Notes: a model not told the origin generated them from the sequence alone. Counted from the first letter of the stretch, positions 38,650 through 48,741 are shown. The stretch is 64,000 bases of DNA from Atribacterota bacterium (GCA_040767965.1 JAXGNR010000006.1:96001-160000), one strand, 5' to 3'. A program made the numbers and translations.

Positions 38650-40293
38650 TTACCATTTTAATGGAAATGATGAAAATTCTGTCTCTTCTCTGGTCATTAT
38701 TTCTAAGAAAGCAGCTTTGTTAGACTTTACTGAATCCTGTGCTTTTTTAAGTGCAGGGATAATACCTTCTGGTTCAGTAATCTTTTCTACATAACCAGCA
38801 CCTAATCCTTCAGCAACCCTGGCATAATTGCCGGTAAGCTTGTTCAATCCATAACGATCAGAGGATAATGGGAATTCCTTGTAATAACCACCTAGTTTAA
38901 AGTTATTCATTACTATTGTTATAATAGGGATGTTTTCTCGTACTGCTGTTTCAAAATCCATACCTACCATACCAAATGCTGCATCACCCATCAGGTTTAT
39001 CACTGTTTTGTCGGGACACGCTAATTTAGCTCCCATTGCCAATCCAAGCCCCTGTCCTAAAGTGGTAGATTTTCCCCATCCAATATAACTGCCTGGAGTA
39101 TCAGAATTATAAAAAGGAACCAGCTGTTCACGCGGGCTGCCGGAATCATGAGTAATAATAGTATTTTTTTCTTCAAATACTTGCATTATGTCCCAAATTA
39201 CGCGATAGGGATTTATAGGAGTCTCGGCTGAAGTTAATTTAGGCATCCACTTTTCCATCCACTCCTCTTTCACCGCTTTTATTTCATTTTTGACATTTCT
39301 GCTATTTTCAGTTTTATAATTATTATTTTTTATTTCTTCAATCAGTTGTCTTAATACTAATTTTGCATCACCAATTACAAAATTCTTTAAATCATAATCT
39401 TTATTGATATCACGTTCATCTATAGTTGATTGAATAATATCAACACCATCAGGTAATGGAGTGGTAAAAGGTTCATTTGTGCAGCTTGACCCAATGGCAA
39501 ATATTAAGTCAGTTTTTCTTAAAAAATGCATGACCATATCAGGTCTTGCTCTTCCACCTGCTCCCAAAGACAGAGGATGGCTTTCAGGAAAACAACTTTT
39601 TCCGTTCATAGTTGTATAAACCGGTATTTCCAGTAGTTCTGCTAATTCTACCAGTTCTTTCCATGCTCCGGCATAAAGTATGCCCGCTCCTGCACGGATT
39701 ACTGGATTATTAGCCTCAATTAAGGCTTTGACAATTTCTTTTATTTTTTCAGGATCACCCATTGTTTTAGCACTACTTACACTTTTATAGGTAAATTTAC
39801 TGTCATCAAATTCTTCCAGCGCTACATCTTGAGGCAAAACCAGCAAAACTGGACCTGGACGGCCATTTCTTAAATAGGTAAAAGCCCTTCTCATTAATTC
39901 GGGTCCTCTGTCTGCAAAGTTTATTTCATCTACCCATTTAGTTACTTCCCCAAAGTTTTTTACTGAATCAAATGCTGGGAATACTTTTTGTCGACGAGGG
40001 TAACCCTGGGGCAAAACCAATATAGGTACTGAATCAGCAAATGCATGTGCAATTCCTCCAAACCCATTTTCAATTCCTGGACCATTCTGTACTGATGCTA
40101 CTCCAATTTTTTTGCCAAAACTAGCTCTAGTAAAACCATCAGCTGCATTAATGGCAACTCTTTCAGTTCGAAATTTGATAAATCTGATTCCTTCTTCTGC
40201 AAGAGCTTCGTGAAGTAAATTTCTGGGAAATCCTGTTACAAATTCTACCCCTTCTTCCTTTAAGATTCTAGCTATAGCCGTTCTTCCTTGCAT
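38650..40293 (-). CDS. Thiamine-diphosphate-dependent enzyme (acetolactate-synthase-like family)
   Basis: RTER (catalytic Glu), NGPG, GRPGPV and GDAAFGM...NN ThDP motifs; no regulatory small subunit nearby. Confidence 0.9.
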   Translation of the reverse strand: MQGRTAIARILKEEGVEFVTGFPRNLLHEALAEEGIRFIKFRTERVAINAADGFTRASFGKKIGVASVQNGPGIENGFGGIAHAFADSVPILVLPQGYPRRQKVFPAFDSVKNFGEVTKWVDEINFADRGPELMRRAFTYLRNGRPGPVLLVLPQDVALEEFDDSKFTYKSVSSAKTMGDPEKIKEIVKALIEANNPVIRAGAGILYAGAWKELVELAELLEIPVYTTMNGKSCFPESHPLSLGAGGRARPDMVMHFLRKTDLIFAIGSSCTNEPFTTPLPDGVDIIQSTIDERDINKDYDLKNFVIGDAKLVLRQLIEEIKNNNYKTENSRNVKNEIKAVKEEWMEKWMPKLTSAETPINPYRVIWDIMQVFEEKNTIITHDSGSPREQLVPFYNSDTPGSYIGWGKSTTLGQGLGLAMGAKLACPDKTVINLMGDAAFGMVGMDFETAVRENIPIITIVMNNFKLGGYYKEFPLSSDRYGLNKLTGNYARVAEGLGAGYVEKITEPEGIIPALKKAQDSVKSNKAAFLEIMTREETEFSSFPLKW

Positions 40294-40630
40294 CTAAACA
40301 CCTCCAAATGTTTTTTAAATATAAAATATTTCTCTAATGGCTTCTACTCTTAATCGGCTTAATTTAATTAAAGATTTTAAAAGTGCAAATTACTTCCAGA
40401 TTCCAGATATTAAAATGACTCTTTGTTCATTATATTTCCAGATTAACAGAAAAAAAGTATATACAGATTTTCAATATTATTTTGAGAGTTTTTTTGATAG
40501 GTATTTATAAATATTGTTTATTTTATTATATATCAAATATATTAATATAGAATAAAATAATTGTAAAATATTTAAATAAAAATTTCTATTCACTTTTGAT
40601 GTTCAATATTGTTAATTTTATTAGTAAGCC

Positions 40631-40659
40631 TTGACAAATAGAGCTATTCCTTTTAATAT
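40631..40659 (+). promoter_or_regulatory. sigma70 promoter of the T-box/ABC operon
   Basis: TTGACA (40631-40636), N17, TAATAT (40654-40659). Confidence 0.7.
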
Positions 40660-40689
40660 TAAAATAATTTTAAAAAGATTATTCTATAG

Positions 40690-40966
40690 ATAAAAAGTAA
40701 AAATAAAAGAGTAAGCATAAAATCATTTTTAGAGATAGGTATGTAAGGTGCAAATTACCTTGTCGGTTTTATGTTGAAAAGATGTTTTTGATTTTCATGT
40801 TATCAGGATTGTTTCCTTTATAAACAAATAATAAGTGGGATTATATTTAATTATTACAATTGAAACTAATATTCATACTAAATATAATTCAAACAGGGTG
40901 GTACCACGGGAATTATCTCGCCCCTCTTTATGATTTTGAACTAAAGAGGAAGCGAGATTTTTTTAT
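40690..40966 (+). ncRNA. T-box leader, probable Lys (AAG) specifier
   Basis: AGTA box, AGAGA bulge, GGTGCAA distal loop, GAA-AAG-A specifier loop (40776-40782), T-box AGGGTGGTACCACGG (40895-40909) and terminator ATCTCGCCCCTCTTTA...TAAAGAGGAAGCGAGATTTTTTT. Confidence 0.9.
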
Positions 40967-41028
40967 TTATACTGGAAACTTTATAAAATATAAAATAAAC
41001 CAGAATAATGAGGAGCACTTATTAATAA

Positions 41029-41733
41029 ATGAATCAATTAAATGTAATTTTGCAAGGACTTCCATCTCTTTTAACAGGCACAATCAATACTATCATTTTA
41101 ACAATTTATTTTTTAAGCCTGGGTTTAGTCTTGGGAATTCTGCTGGCATTAGGAAGAGTATATGGATCTCGTCCTTTGCAAATTTTAATAATCCGTCCTT
41201 TTGAACGTTTTTTCAGAGCAATCCCGGCACTGGTTCTCTTGTTTTTATTTTATTTCGGATCTTCCTTTTTTAATATCAACATAAGCCCATTTTTTGCTGC
41301 AATTTTAGCAATGGGATTTCGTTCAGCTGCCTATCAATCGGAAATTTTCAGAGGGGCAATCCAGTCTATTGGAGAGGGACAATTAAAGGCAGCTCGCTCT
41401 CTGGGTATGAATATGTTGCAGTCAATCAGACATATTATCCTGCCACAAGCATTAAGGCTTTCTATTCCTTCCTGGGCTAATGAATTTGCTGTTGTTCTTA
41501 AAGATAGTTCTTTAGCTTATGCTGTTGGTGTTACGGAATTATTAAGACAAGGGCGTTACATTGTAGCTCGGACTTTTGGAAATGCTTTGTTGATTTATAC
41601 TTTTTGTGCCTTAATTTATTTTGTACTGGTTTTTGCTGGCAACCAGTTTTTAAAATTACTGGAAAAAAAATATAAAATTCCTGGTTATGAAATTAAAGCA
41701 AGAAAAGACCAATCTGTTTTGGAAAGGATTTGA
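41029..41733 (+). CDS. Polar amino acid ABC transporter permease
   Basis: FRAIPALV, SAAYQSEIFRGAI and ILPQALR motifs. Confidence 0.92.
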   Translation: MNQLNVILQGLPSLLTGTINTIILTIYFLSLGLVLGILLALGRVYGSRPLQILIIRPFERFFRAIPALVLLFLFYFGSSFFNINISPFFAAILAMGFRSAAYQSEIFRGAIQSIGEGQLKAARSLGMNMLQSIRHIILPQALRLSIPSWANEFAVVLKDSSLAYAVGVTELLRQGRYIVARTFGNALLIYTFCALIYFVLVFAGNQFLKLLEKKYKIPGYEIKARKDQSVLERI

Positions 41734-41734
41734 A

Positions 41735-42493
41735 ATGCCAAAAATTATTTTGAAAGCTGAAAATATACATAAAAAATATGGAGAATTAGAGGTGCTTAAA
41801 GGAATTTCCTTTCAAGTAAAACAGGGCGAAACAACTGTTATTATAGGTTCTTCCGGAACCGGGAAAAGTACTTTGTTAACCTGTATTAATCAATTAACAC
41901 CTCCAGACAAAGGCCGTATCTGGTTAGAAGATATTGAAATTACAAATCCTGATACCGATATCAATTTAATTCGATCTTCAATTGGTATGGTTTTTCAACA
42001 TTTTAACCTATTTACCCATCTGACTGTTCTTGATAATGTGAGAATTGGTTTATTGGTAGTAAAAAAAATAGCCAAAAAAGAGGCAACTGAAATAAGTATG
42101 AAAAAACTCAATGAGGTTGGCCTTGGAAATAAGATTAACTCTTATCCTGCTGAATTATCAGGCGGACAACAGCAACGAGTTTCCATTGCCAGGGCATTAG
42201 CTATGGACCCTAAACTTATCCTTTTTGACGAACCTACCTCTGCTCTTGACCCTGAATTAATTGGAGAAGTTTTAGGTGTAATGACTAAACTTGCCGAAAA
42301 AGGCATGACTATGGTTGTTGTTTCTCATGAAATGGGGTTTGCCCGTGCTGTGGCTAATGATATCATTTTTATGGAAAATGGTATCATTGTAGAAGAAGGA
42401 AAACCAGACGAAATGTTCTTAAATTCTAAAAATCCTAGAACACAAGAATTTTTGCATAAAATCACTGAGCTCTATGGAGGCAAAATTATATGA
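41735..42493 (+). CDS. Polar amino acid ABC transporter ATP-binding protein (GlnQ-like)
   Basis: GSSGTGKS, LSGGQQQR and DEPTSALDPE motifs; start moved to MPKIIL. Confidence 0.93.
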   Translation: MPKIILKAENIHKKYGELEVLKGISFQVKQGETTVIIGSSGTGKSTLLTCINQLTPPDKGRIWLEDIEITNPDTDINLIRSSIGMVFQHFNLFTHLTVLDNVRIGLLVVKKIAKKEATEISMKKLNEVGLGNKINSYPAELSGGQQQRVSIARALAMDPKLILFDEPTSALDPELIGEVLGVMTKLAEKGMTMVVVSHEMGFARAVANDIIFMENGIIVEEGKPDEMFLNSKNPRTQEFLHKITELYGGKII

Positions 42494-43146
42494 ACTTTTT
42501 TATGCTTGCCTGGGATATTTTTCCAAAATTATTACAAGGAACTGTCGTTACCATCCAACTAACTATAATTTCTATAATGATTGGTATTATTATTGGAATA
42601 CCTACTGCAATGGGTAGAGTTTATGGGAATAAAGCTATTTATTTTGTTTGTAGTTTTTTTGTGGAAATTATTCGCGGTACACCATTGTTAACTCAATTGT
42701 TTATACTTTATTTTGGCCTTCCTTCTATCGGTATCATGCTATCACCTTTTACTGCTGCGATAATTGGAATGGGGTTAAATAGTGCAGCTTATCAAGCCGA
42801 ATATTTCAGAGGAGCAATTCAATCTGTTAAAAAAGAACAATTAATAGCTGCTTATTCTATTGGGATGAATCAAATACAAACAATAGAACATGTAGTATTA
42901 CCACAAATGTTTCGTTTGGTAGTCCCCTCTTGGTCTAATGAACTTATTTATCTTTTAAAATATTCTTCAATGGCTTATATGATTCAAACTCCAGAAATTA
43001 TGTCTCAGGGCAGGTTAATTGCTTCCAGAAATTTCAGGACATTTGAAGTTTTTATAATAGTAGCTTTAATCTATCTTGTTTTGGTTTCAATTCTATCAAA
43101 ATTACTTGATGCAATGGAAAATAAATTTCGTATTCCCGGCCTGTAA
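42490..43146 (+). CDS. Polar amino acid ABC transporter permease
   Basis: RGTPLLTQ and SAAYQAEYFRGAI motifs. Confidence 0.92.
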   Translation: MNFFMLAWDIFPKLLQGTVVTIQLTIISIMIGIIIGIPTAMGRVYGNKAIYFVCSFFVEIIRGTPLLTQLFILYFGLPSIGIMLSPFTAAIIGMGLNSAAYQAEYFRGAIQSVKKEQLIAAYSIGMNQIQTIEHVVLPQMFRLVVPSWSNELIYLLKYSSMAYMIQTPEIMSQGRLIASRNFRTFEVFIIVALIYLVLVSILSKLLDAMENKFRIPGL

Positions 43147-43282
43147 TATCACAAAGCAATGTTTAACTTGAACAAGTAAAATTAAATAAAAATAAATAAG
43201 AACACAGGAGGTGAAATTTTTAACAAAAAGTAATATCGGACTGTATAATCAATAAAACTATGCCTAAAATAAGGAGGAAAAA

Positions 43283-44152
43283 ATGTTCAATAAATTAGGT
43301 AAAAAAATTATTCTTGCTTTAGTTATTGTATTTTCATGTATCTCAATATGTGTTGTTTCTCTTTCAGCTGCACCAGAAAAAATTGTTGTAGGAACCTCTG
43401 CTGACTGGCCGCCTTTTGAATGGATTGATGCCAATAATAATTTTGTAGGATTTGACATGGATCTTATGAAAATAATTGCTCAGATACAGGGATATGAAGT
43501 AGAGATAAATGATATCGGGTTTGACTCTCTTATTCCTGCTCTACAATCAGGTAGAATTGACTTAATGGCTGCGGGAGCTACTTTAACCGAAGAACGTCTT
43601 CAGGTAGCCGATGCATCCAATACTTACTGGTCTGGCAGTCAAGGAGTAATGGTTAAAGGTGACTCTGAATTAAATATAGCAATTGCCTTAGCCGGAGGAA
43701 ATAGTGTTGGGGCACAAAGAGGTACTACCCAGGCTGATTGGCTAGAAGACAATTTAGTCGGGAAAGGAATTGATATTAAGCTAGAGCTTTATGAAACTAA
43801 TGATTTAGGTATAATGGACTTAGTCAATGGACGTATTGCTGTTTTTGTGGCTGATACCCCTGTTGCCGAAGCATTTACAAAAAATAATCCTATTAAGATT
43901 GTTGGAACAATCAATACTGAAGAAGAATATGTGTTTTATGTCCAGAAAGGCGATCCTAAAGGTATACTCCCGATAATAAATGAAGGATTAACAAAAATTC
44001 AGCAGACTCCAATCTGGGATAATTTAGTAAATGCCTATTTTATGGGAGATCTAAATAAAATCTCTGACTGTTATGCACAGGTGGTGGATTTATTAAATGA
44101 AAACTTAGAAGATTTTGCAAAAAATTTAGCTCAGTGCATGACATCTAACTGA
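43283..44152 (+). CDS. Amino acid ABC transporter substrate-binding protein (family 3, basic amino acid type)
   Basis: Signal peptide; GTSADWPPFE, GFDMDL, FDSLIPAL and GAQRGTT motifs. Confidence 0.9.
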   Translation: MFNKLGKKIILALVIVFSCISICVVSLSAAPEKIVVGTSADWPPFEWIDANNNFVGFDMDLMKIIAQIQGYEVEINDIGFDSLIPALQSGRIDLMAAGATLTEERLQVADASNTYWSGSQGVMVKGDSELNIAIALAGGNSVGAQRGTTQADWLEDNLVGKGIDIKLELYETNDLGIMDLVNGRIAVFVADTPVAEAFTKNNPIKIVGTINTEEEYVFYVQKGDPKGILPIINEGLTKIQQTPIWDNLVNAYFMGDLNKISDCYAQVVDLLNENLEDFAKNLAQCMTSN

Positions 44153-44185
44153 TAATCCAATTTACTTATAATCATTTATACAAAA

Positions 44186-44236
44186 ATAAAAATCTCACCT
44201 TGGTCGATTGAAAAATTTCTAAGGTGAGATTTTTAT
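44186..44236 (+). terminator. Intrinsic terminator after the ABC operon
   Basis: ATAAAAATCTCACCTTGG ... CTAAGGTGAGATTTTTAT. Confidence 0.75.
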
Positions 44237-44288
44237 AAGTATACCTTAAAAATTTATATTTTTACAACTTGCATTAAGGAGAATTTGC

Positions 44289-45416
44289 ATGAAAATAAAT
44301 ACTTTTCAAGTAGAAAGATGGCTTAATCTCTATGAAGATAAAGCTAAATTCGAACTGGCTGAAACAGATGCTAAGCCTTTTACTATTGAAGAATTAAGTC
44401 AATTAAACCCGCAGGAGAATTTACTACAAAAATTAGCAAAAATAAAGATAGGCTATAATCCCACTAAAGGAAGTAAGTCTTTACGAAAAAAGATTGCTAA
44501 TTTATATGGTAATAATACTTCTGAAGAAAATATTCTGGTTACAACTGGTGCTATAGAGGCAGATTTTTTACTGGCAAATGTATTATTGGAAAAAGGTGAT
44601 AAGGTAATTGCTCTTTGGCCAGCATACCAGGCATTGTACTCCACTGCAGAGTCTTGTGGTGCAAAACTTGAGTTTTGGAAGTTATCTCCTGAAAATAATT
44701 TTCAACCTGATATAGAAGAATTAGCAAAAATTATTGATGAAAAAACAAAACTGGTTGTTTTAAACATTCCCAACAATCCAACAGGCGCAATTATTAATGA
44801 GTCTCAGTTAAAAACCATTTTAAAATGGTCTGAAGAGTATGACTTTTATGTTCTTTGTGATGAGGTTTATCATGAATTAATAACAGACAATAATATTGTT
44901 CCGCCTTATGGCCATTCATTAAGCAAAAAAGCAATCAGTGTTGGAAGCATGTCCAAAGCTTATGGATTATCAGGAATACGCCTTGGCTGGATTGCAGGTT
45001 CTGAAACAATCATTGATCAGTGCTGGCAGTTAAAAGATTATACTTCTATCAGCAACTCTCCTATTAGTGATTACTTAGCACAATTTGCCCTTGATAATTT
45101 TAAAAAAATATTTGAAAGAAATTCCAATATTCTTAAAAGTAACAGAGAGGTTATCAGTTTATGGTTTACAGAACATCAAAAATATTTTGACTTTTATTTG
45201 CCTGATGCTGGTGTATTATGTTTTCCTAAAATTAAAAATTTACCTATCAGCTCAGAGGAATTAGCGCTGGACCTTTTTCATAAAAAATCTCTTTTAGTTG
45301 TTCCTGGCGAATGTTTTGGGTTTCCCAATTTTCTTAGAATTGGATTTGGAGGAGATACGGCAAAACTTAAAAAAAGCTTATCTGTTTTCTCTTCTTATCT
45401 TAAAGAATTTTTTTAA
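44289..45416 (+). CDS. PLP-dependent class I/II aminotransferase-fold enzyme
   Basis: NIPNNPTG, DEVY and SMSKAYGLSGIRLGW motifs. Confidence 0.9.
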   Translation: MKINTFQVERWLNLYEDKAKFELAETDAKPFTIEELSQLNPQENLLQKLAKIKIGYNPTKGSKSLRKKIANLYGNNTSEENILVTTGAIEADFLLANVLLEKGDKVIALWPAYQALYSTAESCGAKLEFWKLSPENNFQPDIEELAKIIDEKTKLVVLNIPNNPTGAIINESQLKTILKWSEEYDFYVLCDEVYHELITDNNIVPPYGHSLSKKAISVGSMSKAYGLSGIRLGWIAGSETIIDQCWQLKDYTSISNSPISDYLAQFALDNFKKIFERNSNILKSNREVISLWFTEHQKYFDFYLPDAGVLCFPKIKNLPISSEELALDLFHKKSLLVVPGECFGFPNFLRIGFGGDTAKLKKSLSVFSSYLKEFF

Positions 45417-45461
45417 TAAATAACTTATAAACACAAAAATAATTTTGAAAAAGGGATTATT

Positions 45462-46430
45462 ATGATAAATTTACAAGAAATAATTGAAGCTAAAAAAAAT
45501 ATTACAAATCTTATAAAAGAAACTGAATTACGTGAAAGTATTTACCTTAGTAATAAAATAAATGGTCAGGTTTTTTTAAAATTAGAAAATTTACAGACTA
45601 CTAATGCATTCAAAATTAGAGGTGCTTTTAATAAACTTCTTATAATAAAAGAAGAGAATTGTGAAATTGTTACTGCTTCTTCTGGTAACCACGGACAAGC
45701 CATTGCTTTAGCCTGTCAAAAAATGGGATTAAAAACAACTATTTTCTTGCCGGAAAAAACTCCTGAAAAAAAAATAGAATTAATTAAAAAGTATGGAGCT
45801 CAAATTATAATAAAAGGTGATACCGTAGATCAAGCTGAAGAATATGGCCGACTGATGGCGGAAAAAGAAAATAAATTCTATATTTCTCCTTATAATGATC
45901 CTGCAATAATTGCAGGTCAGGGAACTATAGGCTTAGAGATAATCCAGCAGTACTCTAAACTGCAATCTATTTTAGTGCCTATTGGTGGTGGGGGATTGAT
46001 TTCTGGAATTGCTATTGCTGTCAAAGAAAATTTCCCGGATATAAAAATAATAGGTATCCAGGCTGAAAACGATGCAGCAATGTACCATTCTTTTGGAAAG
46101 GGCAAATTATTAACTAATGATAACTATCCCCATTTCCCTACTATAGCCGATGGATTAGCTGGTGGCATTGAAAATAATTCCATGACTTTTCCTATTATCC
46201 AAAAATATGTTGATGATATTTTATTGATAAAAGAAGATTTAATTGAAAAAAGCATTTACAAATTATGGAAAAATGAAAATTTAATTGTAGAAGGAGCGGG
46301 AGCTGTTTCTACAGCCGCTGTTTTGGGTAATCCGGAAATATTTTATGATCAAAAAATTGCCCTTATTGTGAGTGGGGGAAATATCAACGAAAACACTTTC
46401 AAAAAAATATGTGCAAAATATTCTTTTTAA
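45462..46430 (+). CDS. Threonine/serine dehydratase (catabolic type, no ACT domain)
   Basis: KLENLQ.TNAFKIRGA, ASSGNHG, PIGGGGLISG and SGGN motifs. Confidence 0.88.
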   Translation: MINLQEIIEAKKNITNLIKETELRESIYLSNKINGQVFLKLENLQTTNAFKIRGAFNKLLIIKEENCEIVTASSGNHGQAIALACQKMGLKTTIFLPEKTPEKKIELIKKYGAQIIIKGDTVDQAEEYGRLMAEKENKFYISPYNDPAIIAGQGTIGLEIIQQYSKLQSILVPIGGGGLISGIAIAVKENFPDIKIIGIQAENDAAMYHSFGKGKLLTNDNYPHFPTIADGLAGGIENNSMTFPIIQKYVDDILLIKEDLIEKSIYKLWKNENLIVEGAGAVSTAAVLGNPEIFYDQKIALIVSGGNINENTFKKICAKYSF

Positions 46431-46519
46431 TATTTTAAAAACAAGAAATAATTACAAAAATAAACATTTGGATTTTCCTTAAATTTTGTTATAATTGATA
46501 ATCTAAATAAAGGTGAAAT

Positions 46520-47668
46520 ATGGATAATAAAGTTTTCTTTACAAGATGCCAGACATACCAAAAAGAAGAAGTACGAAAAGCCACCAATAAACTTTTTCAA
46601 GATTTAGGCGGTTTAAAGAAATATATAAAACCAGGTAATAAAGTTTTATTAAAAGTAAATTTGTTAATGAAAAAAACACCTCAAGAAGCAGTTACCACTC
46701 ATCCGGTACTGGTGGAGGCTATTATTGAACAAATACAAGCCCTGGGAGCAAAAGTTTTGCTGGCTGATAGTCCGGGAGGTCCATTTACAAAAAATTGGTT
46801 AAAAGGAATCTACCGGGAAACTGGAATGGAAGAGATAGCTAATAATACAGGAGCAGAACTAAATTGGAATTTCCAGCAACAGGATATTCCTTTTGGTAAT
46901 GGTAAAATCTTAAAGCAAATAACTTTAGCTAATTTTGTGAAAGAAGCAGATGTGATTATCTCTATTGCAAAACTTAAAACTCACGGTTTTACCATTTATA
47001 CTGGTGCAGTAAAAAATTTATTCGGTACTATCCCGGGACTTTTAAAAGCTGAGTACCATCTGAGAATGAGTGATATTAAAGATTTTTCTAATATGCTGAT
47101 AGATGTTGTCGAGTGTGTTAAACCGCAGATTTCAATTATGGATGCAGTTATTGGAATGGAAGGAGACGGCCCTTCGGCTGGAGATCCAAGACCCATCGGA
47201 TTGTTAGCAGCTTCTGCCAATCCTCATGCACTTGATTTTGCTTGTGCACATCTTATTGGTCTTGCCCCCAACAGAATAGACACTCTGAATAATGCCATAG
47301 AAAGAAATCTTATTCCAGCAGATTTTAAAGATATAAATATACAGGGTATTGATAGGGAAGAATTACAACCCATACCGTTTAAAGTTCCTGCTTCTTCCAG
47401 AAGCCGCCATATTCCTTTACATCTACCTCCTGGTATTGATAATTTTTTTTATAACATGTTACGGCCACGACCTTTTTTTATTCATGAAAAATGTGTAGGC
47501 TGCGGTCTATGCGCACAAAACTGTCCGGCTAAATGTATCGAAATGATAAACAAAAAACCGCATGTTAATCTCAATAATTGTATCCGCTGTTTTTGCTGTC
47601 AGGAACTATGCCCCTATAAGGCTGTTGAGATAAAAAGAGGAAAATTATCAAAGGTTTTATTCCGATAA
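46520..47668 (+). CDS. DUF362 protein with C-terminal 2x[4Fe-4S] ferredoxin domain
   Basis: KVNLL, TTHP, KLKTH, GAVKN and MEGDGP motifs; CVGCGLCAQNCP and CIRCFCCQELCP. Confidence 0.9.
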   Translation: MDNKVFFTRCQTYQKEEVRKATNKLFQDLGGLKKYIKPGNKVLLKVNLLMKKTPQEAVTTHPVLVEAIIEQIQALGAKVLLADSPGGPFTKNWLKGIYRETGMEEIANNTGAELNWNFQQQDIPFGNGKILKQITLANFVKEADVIISIAKLKTHGFTIYTGAVKNLFGTIPGLLKAEYHLRMSDIKDFSNMLIDVVECVKPQISIMDAVIGMEGDGPSAGDPRPIGLLAASANPHALDFACAHLIGLAPNRIDTLNNAIERNLIPADFKDINIQGIDREELQPIPFKVPASSRSRHIPLHLPPGIDNFFYNMLRPRPFFIHEKCVGCGLCAQNCPAKCIEMINKKPHVNLNNCIRCFCCQELCPYKAVEIKRGKLSKVLFR

Positions 47669-47698
47669 ATATTTTCCACATTTTTTGTTTATAAATAA

Positions 47699-48700
47699 TT
47701 ATAATCCTCTGCCTGCAATTTTTTCTCCACAAGAAGGACACTTATTATTAACAAGAATATTTTGAATGTTGAAACAGTCTCTTTTTATCAATAATTCACC
47801 ACAACCAGGACAATGAGTATTCTCTCCCCGGGATATATTTCCTTTGTACACAAACTGTAACCCTTGATCTTTTCCAATCTTATATGCCAAGTCCAATGTA
47901 GATAAAGGTGTTATAGGTAACTTATTGAGTTTATATGTGGGATAAAAAGCAGTAACATGCCAGGGTATCCCTGGATCTATCCCGGCAATAAATTCTGCTA
48001 TCTTTTTTAATTCTAGAGGGTCATCATTATAACCAGGGATAATTAATGTCGTTATTTCAATCCATATTCCTAAATTATAATATAATTTAATGCTGTTTAG
48101 AACCGGCTGTAACTTTGCCCTGCATATATTATTATAAAATTCTTCATTCATGGCTTTCAAGTCCACATTCGCAGCATCCAGAAAAGGAGCTATTTTTTGT
48201 AATGCTTTTTGGCTTATATAACCGTTGGTAATAAAGATGTTTTTTAATCCTTTCTCATTGGCAAGTTGGGAAATTTCAAAAGCAGTTTCATAAAAAATCG
48301 TGGGCTCAGTATAAGTGTAAGAAATTGACAAGCAACCGTTTTTAAAAGCATTTTGAATAACTTTTTCTGGGGTAGTTTTGCTACCTACAATTGGATCTTT
48401 ATCATCTTTTATCTGAGAAATAGACCAATTTTGACAGTGCATGCACTGAAAATTACATCCAAAAGCAGCAATAGAATAAGAATATGATCCGGGATAAAAA
48501 TGGAATAAAGGTTTTTTTTCAATTGGATCTACCTGAGAGGCAATTAATTTTTGGTAATTTAAACTATACAAAATACCATCTTTGTTTTCTCTTACATGGC
48601 ATATTCCTCTTTTACCTGGAGAAATGATACATTGATGCGAACAAAGCATACATTTTACATTATTACCTTCTAAAACATCATAAAACATTGCTTTTTGCAT
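47699..48700 (-). CDS. amrS: AmmeMemoRadiSam-system radical SAM enzyme (PFL-activase-like)
   Basis: N-terminal CxxC..C, DPIEKKPLFHF, CNFQCMHCQNW, YTYTEP and C-terminal CPxCG pairs. Confidence 0.88.
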   Translation of the reverse strand: MQKAMFYDVLEGNNVKCMLCSHQCIISPGKRGICHVRENKDGILYSLNYQKLIASQVDPIEKKPLFHFYPGSYSYSIAAFGCNFQCMHCQNWSISQIKDDKDPIVGSKTTPEKVIQNAFKNGCLSISYTYTEPTIFYETAFEISQLANEKGLKNIFITNGYISQKALQKIAPFLDAANVDLKAMNEEFYNNICRAKLQPVLNSIKLYYNLGIWIEITTLIIPGYNDDPLELKKIAEFIAGIDPGIPWHVTAFYPTYKLNKLPITPLSTLDLAYKIGKDQGLQFVYKGNISRGENTHCPGCGELLIKRDCFNIQNILVNNKCPSCGEKIAGRGL

Positions 48701-48741
48701 ATTTTTCCCTTAAATGTAAAGTTGTTATCTAATTTATAATC

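Noticed and set aside
14334-38794. Further shadow ORFs inside the larA-like, htpX, tct, yeiH, thr, aor, TRAP, dapA-like and SDR genes
   Set aside because: Antisense or frame-shifted overlaps of strong genes with no independent evidence.
31692-40522. TATTGTTTATT repeated upstream of aor (twice) and of the ThDP gene as a shared operator
   Set aside because: A near-all-AT word in very AT-rich spacers; cannot be told from chance without a motif statistic.
40860-41204. 114-aa ORF upstream of the ABC permease
   Set aside because: Overlaps the T-box antiterminator/terminator and the permease in another frame.
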